From assembly GCA_963826535.1 (NCBI GenBank), contig CAWGXL010000008.1, forward strand, positions 2,679 to 66,678: a stretch of 64,000 nt of DNA, in the 5' to 3' direction. This DNA is from an uncultured bacterium. GTDB lineage: Bacteria > Patescibacteriota > Microgenomatia > Levybacterales > UBA12049. Made by a program: the position numbers and the translations under genes. How positions within the stretch are numbered: the first letter of the stretch is position 1; every line of letters starts with the position of its first letter. The notes beneath the pieces were generated by a model. The model searched no databases, was not told the DNA's origin, and saw nothing but the letters and a program-made list of their open reading frames with translations. Below are positions 29,811 through 38,350 of this stretch, piece after piece.

Positions 29811-30198
29811 ACTTATAAATACTCAGCTTACAAAAAGCTTTCATCTTATTGAATTTATTTGCAAAGATGGAACTTTTGTTCCTGAAGAGTACTATATTAA
29901 CGTCATAACTGTTGCGAATCAACTTCAAATTTTAAGAGATTATTTAGGCGAGCCGATACATATTCTTTCTGCTTATCGTACACCTTCGCATAATAAAAAG
30001 ATAGGAGGCAAACCAAAGAGCCAACATCTTACAGCAAGTGCAGCTGATATAATTGTTAAAAGCAAATCACCAAAACAATTAGCCGCTATTGTAGAAAAAT
30101 TAATAAGTGAAAAGAAATTAAAGTTTGGTGGAATGGGTGTTTATAAATCGTTCATTCATGTTGATATTAGGAAAAATAAAGCAAGATGGGAAGGATAA
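29803..30198 (+). CDS. Endolysin, peptidase M15 (D-Ala-D-Ala carboxypeptidase-like)
   Basis: F.L.EF.CKDG, ILSAYR, SQH...AADI, FIHVDIR. Confidence 0.9.
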   Translation: MTKLINTQLTKSFHLIEFICKDGTFVPEEYYINVITVANQLQILRDYLGEPIHILSAYRTPSHNKKIGGKPKSQHLTASAADIIVKSKSPKQLAAIVEKLISEKKLKFGGMGVYKSFIHVDIRKNKARWEG

Positions 30199-30533
30199 AA
30201 TACAATATTAATTATTTCATACGCAAGTTTTCTGCTATACCGGAAAATAAATGGACAACATTTGAGTATGGCGAAAATGATATTCATTGCGTTTTTGGTC
30301 ATTGCGGAATGAGAAAAAAAGATATAAGCATAGAAGGTAATGCAGAGGCAGAAGCGTTTGTGGAATTGTTTGACGCAAAAGTAAGGATAGTACAAATTAA
30401 CGATGGTTACAATTGCCATTATCAGCAGCTAACATCAAAAGCCCGCATCTTGGCCGCACTGTATGATTTGAAAGCTGAGGAAGCGATTAAAGAAACGTTA
30501 GTAATAATAAATGAGATGGATATGGTAACATAA
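30186..30533 (+). CDS. Hypothetical phage protein
   Basis: ORF; CVFGHCG and INDG motifs. Confidence 0.6.
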   Translation: MGRIKYNINYFIRKFSAIPENKWTTFEYGENDIHCVFGHCGMRKKDISIEGNAEAEAFVELFDAKVRIVQINDGYNCHYQQLTSKARILAALYDLKAEEAIKETLVIINEMDMVT

Positions 30534-30575
30534 AAAGCTTTGCATCGGAAAATTATTTTCCTATGTAAGACGAGC

Positions 30576-30670
30576 CACCCCGTTTTTACGGGGGGCTTTT
30601 ATTAACTGGATTTTTTCATGTGTATTTTGTAAGCAAAGCTGCTTTATTCTTAGAGCAGCTTTTTTATTTT
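30576..30670 (+). terminator. Two tandem intrinsic terminators ending the late operon
   Basis: ccccgt/acgggg + tttt; aagctgct/agcagctt + T-run. Confidence 0.75.
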
Positions 30671-30760
30671 ACAAATGTGCATAACTTTATTATGAATTAA
30701 TTGCAATATTCAAGTTTACACCTTATCTTTGATCTATTAATAACAATTAAAATAAATAAA

Positions 30761-30982
30761 ATGAACAATAATTTAATTAACGAAGAAGACAAAAATTTAT
30801 CCTCTGATGGTAAGCTAAGGGCATCATTGTATACACATGCTGTTGATCTTAATCTCAAAAAAATAGAAGAACTGCAGGTATTATTTGATAATGAAACCGA
30901 TATTCATGAAAAAGCTAAATTATCGTATCTCATAGCACGCAGACAAAAACTGCATTATGATAACTTCAATATGAGCGAATAA
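30761..30982 (+). CDS. Hypothetical moron protein
   Basis: Own TATCTTTG promoter near 30724. Confidence 0.55.
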   Translation: MNNNLINEEDKNLSSDGKLRASLYTHAVDLNLKKIEELQVLFDNETDIHEKAKLSYLIARRQKLHYDNFNMSE

Positions 30983-30987
30983 TGATT

Positions 30988-31149
30988 ATGAAAAAACAAA
31001 AGTCTCATGGGGGTGCTCGTCCAGGCGCAGGACGTAATTTAAAATACGGGGAACCTACAGAGCGCATATTTTTTACTGTACCCGAATCAAAAAAAGAAAT
31101 AATCGTAGAACAGGTCAAAAAAATTATTCAGCGTATAACAAAAACGTAA
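30988..31149 (+). CDS. Small GGxRxGAGR DNA-binding (RHH-like) protein, not in the ORF track
   Basis: MKKQKSHGGARPGAGRNLKYGEPTERIFFTVPESKK. Confidence 0.7.
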   Translation: MKKQKSHGGARPGAGRNLKYGEPTERIFFTVPESKKEIIVEQVKKIIQRITKT

Positions 31150-31349
31150 AATTCATACCTTTACTTTGCAAAGCAGACTTCATACAGGTCATTACAGCAA
31201 ACCAGGCCGCCCTTTTCAGGATGGCCTTTCTTTTTATAAACACAAAAGCCAGTGGTCATAACTCCACCGGCTCCCAATTTCCATTTTCAATTACAAATTA
31301 CCTTAAATTACATAAAACCCTATTAAATTACAGGACAAACATAATATAT

Positions 31350-31556
31350 ATTTTAGTAATGTTTTAGTAATTTCTAAAATTTATTGATTTAATACGGGAA
31401 AACGATAGTGGTTCGAATCCGCTCGGGACCTCTTTATTTAATACGTAAAATTCATAAAGCTCTAATTATTAGAGCTTTTTAGTGTAAAATAGTGTAATAT
31501 TTTGCGAAAAAGTGGTTTAAAAGGGTACATTTGTTTTAGTAAAGTTTTAGTCATTG
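31350..31556 (+). other. attP: tRNA 3'-half core (31404-31431, most like tRNA-Arg) with arm-type repeats
   Basis: GATAGTGGTTCGAATCCGCTCGGGACC (T-arm plus acceptor strand); TTTTAGTAA repeats at 31351-31371 and 31533-31552; adjacent to integrase. Confidence 0.8.
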
Positions 31557-32714
31557 ACAAAATACACCCTTAAATTACTGCTTTACACCTATCAGGTAAA
31601 CACACAAGGGCTATTCCCTATCTATATAAGAACAACAATAAACCGCAAAACTTCCTATAAAGCTACAGGGCATTTTGTAAGCAAAAAAATGTGGGATGAA
31701 AAGAATAGCCAGGTTAAAGCCGGTCATCCGAATGCTGAGTTAATTAATGCTCACCTTTCATTTACTAAGACAGAATGGGAGAAAAAAATTGTTACTACTC
31801 AACTTAAGGGAACTGATTTAACAGCAGCAGAATTGAAAGAAAGTTTTATAAGTGATAAGCATAATATTTTTCATTATGTTGAGGGATTTATTAAAAGATT
31901 AAAAGGTAAAAAATCTAAAGCCACTTTAGAAAACTATAAAAAACATTTGCTGAAGCTTGAGACTTTTAATAAGAGCCGGGCACTTCAATTTGAAAGTATA
32001 GACGCAAATTTTTTGCATAAGTATGAAACCTGGTTAAGAGAAAACATAAACTTCAGAAAAGCAGATAGTACAAATTATATCCATGCTATTTGGAAAACTT
32101 TTAAGACCTGGTTTAATGCTGCAAAGAAAGAAGGTATAATAAGTAACTACCCTTTTGACCAGTATGAGAATCCTGTTTATGTTTCACCGGATAAGGACTA
32201 TTTAACAAACGAAGAATTAAAATTGTTTGAAGATTTTGCGGATGAATCTTTGGATCTTATTTTAAAAGAGAGTGCAGTTTATTTTTTATTCGGTTGCTAT
32301 TCAGGATTAAGAATTTCAGATTGGTATCAGTTCAAATTTGATAAGCATGTAAAAGGAAATAAAATAAGATTGCGTCCGGCAAAGACTAAACACAAATGGG
32401 TAGAGATGATAATAAGCAAACCTTTGCAAAGAAATCTTTTAAGGATGCAGCAAATACCAATTCAATTAAAGGAGCAGACTATAAATGAAAAACTAAAGAT
32501 CATAGCCGCTAAAATAGGTATCAGCAAGCATTTAACTACGCATTCATCTCGTCACTCGTTCGGGATAACCATTTGTCTTGCTAACGGTCTTTCAAGTGAA
32601 ACAACAGCAGAATTAATGGGAATAACATTAGATACTTTTGTAAAAAATTACTCTCAAATAACTCAATCAAAAATAGATCATGAAACAAGTAAGGCCTGGG
32701 AAAAATTAAATTGA
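31554..32714 (+). CDS. int: Tyrosine integrase (Bacteroidetes arm-binding + SAM-like + catalytic domains)
   Basis: PIYIRTTINRK arm domain; SGLRISD, HSSRHSF, LMG...VKNY. Confidence 0.93.
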   Translation: MTKYTLKLLLYTYQVNTQGLFPIYIRTTINRKTSYKATGHFVSKKMWDEKNSQVKAGHPNAELINAHLSFTKTEWEKKIVTTQLKGTDLTAAELKESFISDKHNIFHYVEGFIKRLKGKKSKATLENYKKHLLKLETFNKSRALQFESIDANFLHKYETWLRENINFRKADSTNYIHAIWKTFKTWFNAAKKEGIISNYPFDQYENPVYVSPDKDYLTNEELKLFEDFADESLDLILKESAVYFLFGCYSGLRISDWYQFKFDKHVKGNKIRLRPAKTKHKWVEMIISKPLQRNLLRMQQIPIQLKEQTINEKLKIIAAKIGISKHLTTHSSRHSFGITICLANGLSSETTAELMGITLDTFVKNYSQITQSKIDHETSKAWEKLN

Positions 32715-33340
32715 GCTTCTATTACAATAGATAATTCCTTGCTACCTTTGATATAAGTATGCCTACCATTAATTCTTAAATATGATTCCCATACTTTTTT
32801 GTTTTTATTCCAATAAATACCTTTAATCCCACTTCTTCTTTCTGCACATGGCGAAGACCTATCATTAGATAACATTTCTTCCAATTCATCAATACTGTAG
32901 TTTAATTCATTCAATAAAGCATATTCAGATAATTCCTTAGCTTTTTTATTATAGGCGTATGCAGCGGCTATTTCGCTTTTATAAAACCCCAAATCGTGAT
33001 CTTCATGATTTATTCGGCACCTACTATTATACAGCCCTAATTTTTTTTTAAACTGTACACCCTTATAAGTATTGTTTGTGTTTCTTCTTTTGTGTTGATT
33101 ATGTACATTTTGCTCTTTATTTACAATCCTTATATTATATTTTTGATTGTTCAATTTATTATGATCCCTGTGATCTACTAATTGATCCGGCAAAGGCTTT
33201 AAAATCATTCTATGCATCTTTACTCTATCTTCATTTATAGCATATCCATTGGATAAATACCATTTGTGCTTAGATAAATAAGCAAAATCTTCATCATCAA
33301 CTAAAGATGTTTCTCCTTTTGATAGTAATATTATTTTCAT
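32678..33340 (-). CDS. HNH-AP2 homing endonuclease
   Basis: LVDDEDF, MHRMI..VDHRDHNKLNNQKYNIR, YKGV...LGFY.SE..AA.AYN. Confidence 0.9.
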   Translation of the reverse strand: MKIILLSKGETSLVDDEDFAYLSKHKWYLSNGYAINEDRVKMHRMILKPLPDQLVDHRDHNKLNNQKYNIRIVNKEQNVHNQHKRRNTNNTYKGVQFKKKLGLYNSRCRINHEDHDLGFYKSEIAAAYAYNKKAKELSEYALLNELNYSIDELEEMLSNDRSSPCAERRSGIKGIYWNKNKKVWESYLRINGRHTYIKGSKELSIVIEAQFNFSQALLVS

Positions 33341-33400
33341 GAAATAAAGTTACGAAAAGGTTACGTAACTTCACAGTATCTTTCATGTAAATAAATAGTT

Positions 33401-33583
33401 ATGTCTTATATTAGTGCAACGATGCCAAAAAGCCCGGAAACAAAAAGGATTGAAGTACATTTAATGCCTTCAATTGTTAAGGAGTTGCAACGTCTTGCAG
33501 AGTTAGAAAACAGAAGCCTTAAAAATTATATTGAAACGCTTTTACAAAAGCATTTAGAAGATCAAAATAAAAAAACACGTTAA
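33401..33583 (+). CDS. Ribbon-helix-helix (Arc/CopG-like) protein
   Basis: KRIEVHL...LQRLAELENRSLKNYIETLL. Confidence 0.8.
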   Translation: MSYISATMPKSPETKRIEVHLMPSIVKELQRLAELENRSLKNYIETLLQKHLEDQNKKTR

Positions 33584-33653
33584 GAATTACAGCCAAGTAA
33601 CACAAAGTAAGATTGATAAAGAAACCGCTGAAGCTTGGGAAGTATTGACTTAA
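33579..33653 (+). pseudogene. Displaced second copy of the integrase C-terminus
   Basis: VKNYSQVTQSKIDKETAEAWEVLT* vs integrase VKNYSQITQSKIDHETSKAWEKLN*. Confidence 0.85.
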
Positions 33654-33849
33654 AGAGGTGTACAATGATAACTTAAATCATTGCCTTGTGCATCCTGAAA
33701 TCTTGCATTTTTTGGATCATCGCCACACCATTTTTTAGGCTCTGGATTTTGCCCATTGAACGTACCAAAAGTACAATACCAGCAATCTTTATTTTTCTTA
33801 CAGCCAAAAATGTTGCAGAGAAAAATAGTATTAATAATGCTTTTTTCAT
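33650..33849 (-). CDS. Small Cys-rich lipoprotein (one frameshift in a T-run), immunity-region gene
   Basis: MKKALLILFFSATF(F)GCKKNKDCWYC...WCG...HCTPL*. Confidence 0.6.
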
Positions 33850-33850
33850 A

Positions 33851-34084
33851 TTAGCGGTATAGGTTGAATTTTTTAACCAAGACATTTGTTGCGCTATGAA
33901 TTTCTTCATTAGTAACGCCTTGCTTTTCTGCAATTTTTGTTAGCAGCCCTATGATTGCATTATTCTGTTTTGTGTGTTTATCTACATCAAAAATCCATCT
34001 GTACAAAAAATAAGTTATGGCAATAATAGCAGCAAGAATCATTAAAAATACTATAACATAGAATGGTGTAATTTCTTCTGGCAT
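33851..34084 (-). CDS. Small single-TM membrane protein
   Basis: Hydrophobic N-terminus; LL.KIAEKQGV. Confidence 0.65.
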   Translation of the reverse strand: MPEEITPFYVIVFLMILAAIIAITYFLYRWIFDVDKHTKQNNAIIGLLTKIAEKQGVTNEEIHSATNVLVKKFNLYR

Positions 34085-34175
34085 GAGTTTTAATTTTAAG
34101 AAGTAATTATATATATTAGAAAGTATTTCTTTTGTTAATGTTCAAATAAATTCAACTGCCTCGATCCAAACAAGT

Positions 34176-34610
34176 TTATAACTTTGCACGTTTGATTGGT
34201 TTTGATTGCTCTGAGGGGTGGCCATTTTTTGATGTGTTAGTTATGTTTGTTTGCAATCGTTCTTTTTCTGCATAGTCTTTAATCATTTGTTGTTGGCTAT
34301 TTATTGTATCTGCATTTTTAATAACCGCACTCAACAATTCATAAAAAGTAAGATCATTTATTTCCAATGCTATTTTACTTTTTTGTAATGACGGCTTTTG
34401 ATCATCCCATATTGATTTTTTCAACAAATCCCTATAAATAATTTTCAGTTTTTTAATTACTGCTTCGTGCCCATCCTTTTTAGATATTGCCTGCGTTAAA
34501 GTTTGCGGTCTAAGCCCTGCATCTACAGAAAGCTCAGACTGCGTCTCAAATTTTTTTGCGATTCGTAAAAAATCAACCAGTTCTTTTAATATTTCTTTAG
34601 AAGTTTTCAA
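34176..34610 (-). CDS. CI-like repressor (HTH, no visible S24 domain)
   Basis: TQSELSVDAGLRPQTLTQAI HTH; divergent from Cro-like gene. Confidence 0.7.
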   Translation of the reverse strand: MKTSKEILKELVDFLRIAKKFETQSELSVDAGLRPQTLTQAISKKDGHEAVIKKLKIIYRDLLKKSIWDDQKPSLQKSKIALEINDLTFYELLSAVIKNADTINSQQQMIKDYAEKERLQTNITNTSKNGHPSEQSKPIKRAKL

Positions 34611-34624
34611 TCGTTTAGGCTATT

Positions 34625-34697
34625 TGTTTAATCAGTATCAATATTTATAAAATCAATAAAGAAGCCTTGGATTATTGATAATATCAATATATCTTTG
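34625..34697. promoter_or_regulatory. Lysis/lysogeny switch: operators and rightward promoter
   Basis: Perfect palindrome TATTGATA-A-TATCAATA (34673-34689), degenerate copy at 34642-34658; -7 box TATCTTTG at 34690-34697. Confidence 0.75.
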
Positions 34698-34729
34698 TCA
34701 CTTACTAAGTAAAGATAAGTAATTAATAA

Positions 34730-34966
34730 ATGACACTAAGCAGGACACAGATTAAAATATTATACGGCATTCAAGGAAAACTGAGGCGTGGGGATATTAC
34801 AGCTATTGCGAAAAAGGTTGGTGTATCTAAAGAATATGTAGGAATGGTTTTAAATCCGGATTTGGATTATTTCAGAGAAGATATAGTGGATGAAGCTATA
34901 AAGATTGTTGCCAATCGTGAACAAGTTACGAAAAAGTTGCTAAAATCTATAATGTCAGCAGCATGA
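34730..34966 (+). CDS. Cro-like HTH protein
   Basis: LRRGDITAIAKKVGVSKEYVGMVL. Confidence 0.8.
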   Translation: MTLSRTQIKILYGIQGKLRRGDITAIAKKVGVSKEYVGMVLNPDLDYFREDIVDEAIKIVANREQVTKKLLKSIMSAA

Positions 34967-35220
34967 CCGCATCCGAATCAAATATAATAGAGATCATAGA
35001 AAGATTAGATAAGATTGAAAAGCTTATTAAAAACAACCGTCCTACAGTAGCTAAGAAATCATGGGTAAAAATTGGAATTGTGAAACAACTTACTAATTGG
35101 AATAAGGAGCAGATGCGTAAGGCCAGGGAGAACGGATTAATAAGGCATAGGCGAGGCAGTAACGGTATAGAATATTTGCTGGAATCAATAGACGAAAAAT
35201 TTATAAAAAACAAACAATAA
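34963..35220 (+). CDS. Excisionase-like winged-HTH protein
   Basis: WVK...VKQLTNW...RENGLI...YLLESI. Confidence 0.6.
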   Translation: MTASESNIIEIIERLDKIEKLIKNNRPTVAKKSWVKIGIVKQLTNWNKEQMRKARENGLIRHRRGSNGIEYLLESIDEKFIKNKQ

Positions 35221-35342
35221 TTCAATCACTCACAAAAACTTTCAGAATGAAAAACAAACTAATAAAATTTCTTAAAGGGTTCTTCTCACTACGTGGGTTT
35301 AACTCTTACAATTTTTAATTAACACATCAAAAACTTTCAGAC

Positions 35343-35636
35343 ATGACACGATTTTATTTGTTCACAGAAAAAAGTATAACAGACAGATTTTTTTGCGGAA
35401 ATATATATAATAGTAACCCCTCGGATACAATACGTTTTCATGGTTGTCCTATGACATTTGAAGAATGTGAAAACGAAGGCAACTGTAAATCGTTTGAAAC
35501 TAAAAAAGAGGCTAATGAATATAGCAACAGTGAAGAAAGTGCAATGGCTGATTCAAATGCTTATGCAGTAAATGCAATGAGAAGCGAAGAATATTACGGT
35601 TGTGAGGGTGTTGATGATTGCAGGTATGAATATTAA
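35343..35636 (+). CDS. Hypothetical early protein
   Basis: ORF with A-rich leader. Confidence 0.55.
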   Translation: MTRFYLFTEKSITDRFFCGNIYNSNPSDTIRFHGCPMTFEECENEGNCKSFETKKEANEYSNSEESAMADSNAYAVNAMRSEEYYGCEGVDDCRYEY

Positions 35637-35748
35637 AATTCTTGGTGTTTCCCTGAAAGTTCATCAGGCGTGAAGGCTACGATAGTGCCACTTTTAAAAG
35701 GTTTAGTAGCCACCTCCCAAAAAGCTTCGTACCCACAAAGATAATTCA

Positions 35749-36237
35749 ATGACAAAAAAAATATTATTCGCAATATTAATTATTGCCATGTCAAATAAAT
35801 CTCAGGCACAATTTATAACGTCTTTTGGTTCCGGTTTTGAAATCCAAAACAGTGCTATCCCGGTGCAGTTAACGGCAGGAGCAAGTTTGTATAAGAGCGA
35901 ACTTGTAGCGGGATACACTGTTTTTTTTCATAAGGCGGATGCTACAATACCTAAAATTTTGTTTTTAAGGTACGGGTTAAATATAAGTAAAGGTGATATT
36001 GAAATCATGCCGCTTATAGGCGCAGGAATGCTTACAAAGACTATTAGTGAAGTACCAAATCCATTAGACACACAACACGTCTATGATTACGAAGTAATAC
36101 AAAATCCTGTTCAATTTAAAATATTGTACGGTTTGAAAGTTCAAAAAGCAATTGGCTTGGGTGGCCTGTTTGCCAGTGTAGAGCATTGCAAACTATCATA
36201 CCTAAATGTCGGATTATACGTAAAAATAAAAAACTAA
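35749..36237 (+). CDS. Small outer-membrane beta-barrel-like protein
   Basis: Signal peptide ..SQA|Q; alternating amphipathic strands ending LNVGLYVKI. Confidence 0.65.
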   Translation: MTKKILFAILIIAMSNKSQAQFITSFGSGFEIQNSAIPVQLTAGASLYKSELVAGYTVFFHKADATIPKILFLRYGLNISKGDIEIMPLIGAGMLTKTISEVPNPLDTQHVYDYEVIQNPVQFKILYGLKVQKAIGLGGLFASVEHCKLSYLNVGLYVKIKN

Positions 36238-36240
36238 ATA

Positions 36241-36471
36241 ATGCAGGCAAATATTTGGATAGACGAAATGGATCAAAACGTAACATTTACAGCAAGGAAA
36301 GTGCGGACAAATTCACTAATGGCAAAGTATCCGGATTATTATCTCAAAGAGGTAACATGGGAAAACGAAAAATACACACCAGAAGAAAACACAATAATTG
36401 TGAACTATTATACACAAGCGGTAGGAGAATTTTTTGACGCAATAAAAGAAATAAATGAAAACTATTTCTAA
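36241..36471 (+). CDS. Hypothetical early protein
   Basis: ORF in co-directional early cluster. Confidence 0.5.
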   Translation: MQANIWIDEMDQNVTFTARKVRTNSLMAKYPDYYLKEVTWENEKYTPEENTIIVNYYTQAVGEFFDAIKEINENYF

Positions 36472-36631
36472 AAACTAAAACAATGAAAAAAGATGCACAA
36501 AAACTGATAAACAAATTAATTGATGAAATAGACAACATGGAAGAAGATAAACAAATAACAGAAAAGCAAGCAGAAGAAATTTATAAAGCTATCAGATTAA
36601 TCGAAACAATTTTAAATACAGAAGAAATCAT

Positions 36632-36919
36632 ATGAAAAAATATCCGGTTTATGTAGCTCACGGTTTAGGTATCAGAAAAATTGAGGATGAAGAAACTTAC
36701 ATAGAAGTAAACAACGACTTATGGGAATCTGGTATAATGCGATTTTATAAGGTTCACCAGGTAGTTGACACGTTATTAAAAAATGGTACAAAGGTTAGTG
36801 AGGTAGTTTTTAATAACGCTTACCAAACCGCATTAACAAAATTAAATCTGATGCTTCTGGATGAAATGGTTCCAGAAGGAAAGGCGCTAACACCAAAGGA
36901 ACAGGCAGAAATTTTTTAA
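36632..36919 (+). CDS. Hypothetical early protein
   Basis: ORF in co-directional early cluster. Confidence 0.55.
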   Translation: MKKYPVYVAHGLGIRKIEDEETYIEVNNDLWESGIMRFYKVHQVVDTLLKNGTKVSEVVFNNAYQTALTKLNLMLLDEMVPEGKALTPKEQAEIF

Positions 36920-37638
36920 GATTTTTTCATGGTTTGTAATTTTTGAAACAGAGGGTAACTGTTTCTGGCAGCCGGGAAAGACCGGCACTTTTTAAACCTC
37001 AGATGGTACAGCAAAAAAATAAAATGACAGAGATAAAATTTATTAATACAGATGGGAAAACAATCGTTGTTAAATGCCCTATTAACAATTGGTCTGATTG
37101 GATAAGGGGCCAATATAATAATGTTGAAAAGGTTATTTCAATACAAAAACACAAATCAAAATGATAATTTTTTTATTAATACCAGCTATCGTGATAGCGG
37201 TTTATTATTTTTTTGTAATGCGTCCAGTAAGCCGTGAAAAGTATAAAGAAATCTGGCCATATGACGTTAGAAAACATTTATAATGGCAAAGGATAAAAAA
37301 GATAGGTGTATAGAAATATTACTAGATGCTTTACAGGAAGCAAAAACATACATTATTGAATTAACAAACTCTGATAGTAAAGCTAATGAAGTATACTATC
37401 CAAAATTTATTGATGCTGCAATTATTAAAGTAAATAAGCTTTTGAAATGAAACGACTGAAAGCAATAATGATGTACCGTCTTTTTGGCATAATGCCAAAG
37501 GGCAGGACAAACGAATATATCCAGAAGTATGTAGTAAAGCTGGCACAAAAAGAAAGTAATAAAAGACAACTATTATCCAGGTCGGTTTATTTGACAAGTA
37601 AAATTCAATAACGTAACAATTTAAAATCCCCATAACAA

Positions 37639-38235
37639 ATGCAAAATTTATTATTCGCTCTATCAACATTATTAATTTTTAGCTGCTCAAAAACAAAAGA
37701 ACCACCACAAGAACCTAACAACAATGATGCAATTGTAAGTATTGAAACTGTTGATCTGAGCAATGAGAACAAGTTAACAGCTTCTATCTCTGCACCTATC
37801 TATGATTACCGGATAGTACAAAAAGCAACATTTTCAAGTGGACTTATTGCTTACAATATTCCCTCTATTGTCGACAAGACAAAACACCTTGTCAAATTCA
37901 CAAGGGATAATATTAAATATGTACAGGCAATTAGTAATGATTCCACTATTTCGTTAGGTATAAAACTATTTAGTCTGAAATCATTAACAGGCAAATTATA
38001 TTATTCAATGAAAGTGCGAAAAATAGATATGCATTATGCAGAATTGAAAGTAGAAAACGAATTGCCGCTTTATATTCTCGGTACTGGAACAGGTATGAGG
38101 AAATGGTATGACTGTATGAAGTCAAGAGTTTATGCGTGTGGCGCGAGTTGGAAATGTACTTTATCATGTACCGTTTTTACAACGATGTATCAAACTGGTA
38201 TGTGTGGTATGCAAATGGCGATATCTTGTCTATAG
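37639..38235 (+). CDS. Lipoprotein with Cys-rich hydrophobic bacteriocin-like C-terminus
   Basis: Lipobox IFS|C; WYDCMK...ACG..WKCTLSC...CGMQMAISCL. Confidence 0.6.
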   Translation: MQNLLFALSTLLIFSCSKTKEPPQEPNNNDAIVSIETVDLSNENKLTASISAPIYDYRIVQKATFSSGLIAYNIPSIVDKTKHLVKFTRDNIKYVQAISNDSTISLGIKLFSLKSLTGKLYYSMKVRKIDMHYAELKVENELPLYILGTGTGMRKWYDCMKSRVYACGASWKCTLSCTVFTTMYQTGMCGMQMAISCL

Positions 38236-38350
38236 TGTATTTATGAGCTACCTAAAAATAAGCCCGTTTGCTAATCCGAATGAAGAACCAAACCATTAAC
38301 TCTATGGACATTAAAAAAATTAAAACAATCAAAATAAACACAACAAAGTT

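Noticed and set aside
31404-31431. Complete tRNA gene
   Set aside because: Only the T-arm and 3' acceptor strand are present; treated as att core
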